DNA from: Eledone cirrhosa
Lineage: Eukaryota
Direction: 5' to 3'
Length of the DNA: 64,000 bases
Assembly (NCBI GenBank): GCA_964016885.1
Contig: OZ024740.1
Location: 123,194,001 to 123,258,000 of the forward strand
Of this stretch, positions 60,440-64,000 are shown one piece after another. Position numbers and translations under genes: made by a program. Under the pieces are notes generated by a model. The model saw only the letters and a list, made by a program, of their open reading frames with translations, had not been told where the DNA came from and did no database searches. Within the stretch, counting starts at the first letter, position 1, and each line of letters begins with the position of its first letter.

Positions 60440-60616
60440 GTTTGGCCCAAGACCAGCGATTACCCCAGTGCACCACTGGTACTTTATTTTATCGAACTCT
60501 TAAGGATGAAAGGCAAAGTTAACCTCGGCGGATTTGAACTCAGAACGCAAAGGGCCATAAATATGCTGCAAAACATGGTATCTGACGCTCTACCAATACT
60601 GCCAAACCACTGCCCT
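60440..60616 (-). mobile_element. SINE family 1
   Basis: Consensus match. Confidence 0.8.
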
Positions 60617-60774
60617 TCAAGTTAATATGGCCCACAGTAAAGTTGATATGGCCCGCAGAATGTGTGAGGGCGTACTGTTGTACTTCTTAATATATGTATA
60701 ATAAAATTTAATTGATCAAAAGAACATTTAATTTATTAATATTTGTATTTTAATATATATATATATATAAATAA

Positions 60775-60849
<75 letters not shown>

Positions 60850-60855
<6 letters not shown>

Positions 60856-62063
60856 TTGGTTAAGCAAAACAAGACCACAAATTTCACAAGGAAGACATTA
60901 TTAAAAGATTGTCAACATATTTTAGTTTGCTGTAAGGAATGTAGAGAATAATAAAATTATATTATTATTATTCTCTACATTCCCTACATCAAACTAAAAT
61001 AATATTAATAATAATAATGTCCATTTACAATTGTTTCGCTACTCCATATAATATTTCTGGATCAAATGACTATTTATCATTATTGATCTGGTTCAGTTGA
61101 AAATAATTAACATATTTAAAAACAGAGCGGCTCATCGGATCTTCAAAGGATTATAAATTAAAATAAGGAGAGAATGTTACATAATGTAATGTTCCATATA
61201 TTGGTATTTCACTATGATGTCCTGGGTGTATCAGTTGTAAGCCATAACCAAGCAGTATTCATCTGTCGAGGCTGCATTGTGTGAGATCTGCCTATGGGTT
61301 CACAATGCAGCCTCGATAGATGAATACTGGTTGATTATGACTGACAATCGATACATCCAGGACACTATAGTGAAATACCAATATATGTAACATTACATTA
61401 TGTAATATTCTCTCCTTATTTTAATGTATATTCCTTTGAAGTTCCGATGAGCCGCTCTGTTTTTAAATATGTTAATTATTTTCAACTGAACCAGATCAAT
61501 AATGATATATAGTCATTTGATCCAGAAATATTATATGGAGTAGCGAAACAATTGTAAACGGACATTATTATCATTAATATTATTATTCACCGCGGTGGAT
61601 TGGCAGTATCTGTAGAAGGTCGGACGCCATGCTTTCCAGGATAGTTACGTCCCTTAACGATCTGAATTCACATCCCGCCGAGGTTGACTTTGCCTTTCAT
61701 CCTTACGGGGTCGATAAAATAAAGTACCAGTAATGCACTGGGTAATTGCTGGCCTTGTGCCAAAAGTAGAAACAATTATTAATATTATTATTATTATTCT
61801 CTACATTCCTTACATCAAACTAAAATATGTTGACAATATTTTTAATAATGTCTTCCTTGGGAAATTTGTGGTCTTGTTTTGCTTAACTAATGAATATTTC
61901 TAGCCCTGCACGCCTAACTGCTGCATGAACCCAGCCACCTAGCTGCTTTCTACTGCATATTGCACATTGAGCACATGCCTTTACGCTTTGGCTTCTAACT
62001 AATTCACCACTCTCTCCTCTCCTATCTCCTCTCCTATCTTTAAGATTGGTTACTCTTGCACTG
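60850..62063. mobile_element. ORF-less fold-back of the 10742-13152 pseudo-LTR family, with a SINE (61590-61781) in the right arm only
   Basis: Arms 60850-61283 and 61301-61897 are reverse complements; the right arm continues as the reverse complement of 10742-10910. Confidence 0.9.
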
Positions 62064-62124
62064 TATATATATATAGAAGAGATGAATATAAAATGAAAGT
62101 GCTTTTATAAAAGAATGTATTAGG

Positions 62125-62242
62125 TATTGACATATGTTTCTGTAACAGACGGAATAACTATGTATCGCTGCTTGCGTAATCATATAATGTTAGCAAGTAT
62201 TCGATAGCAAATGTATAATCAGTTGTCACTTCTTCAGAGATA
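62125..62242 (-). ncRNA. Type I hammerhead motif with about 90-nt stem II domain
   Basis: tat(c)t-CTGAAGA-a-gtgaca..tgttac-a-GAAA-catatg-TC-aata. Confidence 0.7.
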
Positions 62243-62898
62243 TTGGATAAAGTGGAAACAATCAGAAACATTGAAGTATTTATATTAGTTGTAAGAAAGG
62301 AAGAAGAGAGGGGATAGAATATGACAGATGGCAATTCAATTTACTGGTAAACAAGTATATAGAAGGTTTTTAATGAGAATACAATGAGTATATGGCTTAT
62401 TTTTTCTAAATAAGAATTTTTGGGAGTGCCTATTTTAATCTATATTTGACCAATTGAACAATGGACAGGGTTGGTCGTTTGGTGTAGTAGTATTAATAGA
62501 GATATAAAGTGTCAATTAAGGAAGAGGAAGATTTTCACTGCTACTGTATAACAACAATGCTGGTAGCCTGCTGGTATATGCACTAGGGAATTGAATTAAG
62601 AAATCTCCTTTTATCTATAGCAGTTTACATTAAATGGTAAAGAATAGAAGAGTTGATAGAATTAAGACTAATAGAGAATGTTAATATGTATTTTGACAAT
62701 CAAACGGAGATGGAGACAGGCGTTCAATCCTGGTTGTATTTGTAATATGAAAATGTAGATTTCAAGCGATGGTTACAGTATAACGATCGCTCTATTCTGT
62801 TATTTAATAAAATATTTTTTGATCTCATAATACAAAATAATTCCATATTACACAATTTACAAAATTCCTGTCCGTGGGATTATGCAGGGGCAGGAGCT

Positions 62899-63331
62899 TT
62901 TATTAAAATAACAGATTAAAGTTTAAGCAAAAAATCGCTGCTTTCACCCTTAACGGGATCTTCTGAAACTAAAAAAGTCAGTCTGTGAAAGCAGAAGTAA
63001 ATATTTCAAAAAACGTTGCAACCGAAGGAAGAGAGTAAGACGATACTTTGGTTCGTGGAAACGTTCCCTAGCAAAGAACGGAAAAAAAAACGAAGATAAA
63101 ACGTCATTATTTGGTGCGGTGCAATAATGACGTTTTATTTTCGTTTTTTTCCGCTCTTTGCCAGCAAACGTTTCCACAAACCAAAGTATCGTCTTCCTGT
63201 CTTCCTTCGGTTGCAACATTTTTTGAATTATTTACTTCTGCGTTCACAGATTGACTTTTTTGTTTCAGAAGATCCCGTTAAGGGTGAAATCAGCGATTCT
63301 TTGCTTAAACATTAATCTGTTATTTTAATAA
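62899..63331. mobile_element. About 430-bp palindrome of the 34950-35140 family, with a CAGAAGA motif in each arm
   Basis: Arms are reverse complements about a centre near 63118. Confidence 0.85.
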
Positions 63332-63714
63332 ATATTTGCTCTACGGTTCTTATATATCTGATATATATTTATCCTTATCGAGCCCTCTTTGGATTTTAGT
63401 CTTCAAATTTATTATTATTACTATATATATATATATATATATATATCATCATCATCATCATTGATTAATGTCTATCTTCCACGCTAGCATGGGTTAGACT
63501 ATATATATGAATGTGTATGTGTTAAATGTGTAACTGGTTATTGTATGGTCAAGAAAGAACGACAGACAATTTGAAAGAGAGCGAGATGGAGAGTAAGAAA
63601 GAGAGAAATAGAAAATAACACCGATTGACATTTAAATAAATTTATTAATGATGAGAAATTATCATACACATGATTTTTTTCCAAGTTTGTATTCCTTCAT
63701 TGACTAAACTTTCA

Positions 63715-63934
63715 TAGACTATCAACAGTTACAATGACCCCTGACATGCGTAAATCAGCATATGGTTTCCACTTGATGATGCTGCTCAATGAAGTTAGAG
63801 GCCCTCAAATCTTTGATGAACTTCTTAAAGCGAATGTTAATGTTTGTAACACCTATCAAGAGGCATGTATGCAGAGAAGTTTGTTAGAAAATGACAATCA
63901 ATGGGATGCAACACTTGATCGGCATTTTAGCTAA
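63715..63934 (+). mobile_element. Helitron Rep/helicase protein fragment
   Basis: LLNEVRGPQIFDELL..TYQEACMQRSLLENDNQWDATL resembles the conserved Helitron LL..V.GPTSF..EAC...GLLEDD..W segment. Confidence 0.8.
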
Positions 63935-64000
63935 AGAATAGGGTTGACATGTTTAAGGACCCCAAACACGAAGAGCAACTGAGGAACCCTGACCTAGAAG

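Overview
AT-rich eukaryotic repeat landscape. The SINE, RTE and microsatellite make-up looks like an octopod cephalopod (inference). No host protein-coding gene can be confidently recognised, and most ORF-track entries are (TA)n/(CA)n artefacts. The window contains many Penelope-like retroelements (PLEs). One has an uninterrupted RT + GIY-YIG ORF (14207-16996, minus), one has a single frameshift (28002-29785, minus), and the rest are 3' fragments or solo pseudo-LTRs. It also holds decayed RTE LINEs, two tRNA-derived SINE families, and Helitron, Tc1/mariner, piggyBac-like, CR1/L2 and R4-like remnants. The most striking hidden structure is about 14 fold-back (inverted-repeat) cassettes, most bounded by (TA)n, plus several partial-tandem units of about 450-515 nt. 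Together with solo pseudo-LTR fragments these carry more than 20 hand-folded type I hammerhead-ribozyme (HHR) motifs. Many have recurrent non-canonical cores (TTGANAA with a compensatory U3:A8 pair, CCGATGA, CAGAAGA) or stem II domains of about 90 nt. All folds were done by eye, coordinates are approximate, and catalytic activity is untested.
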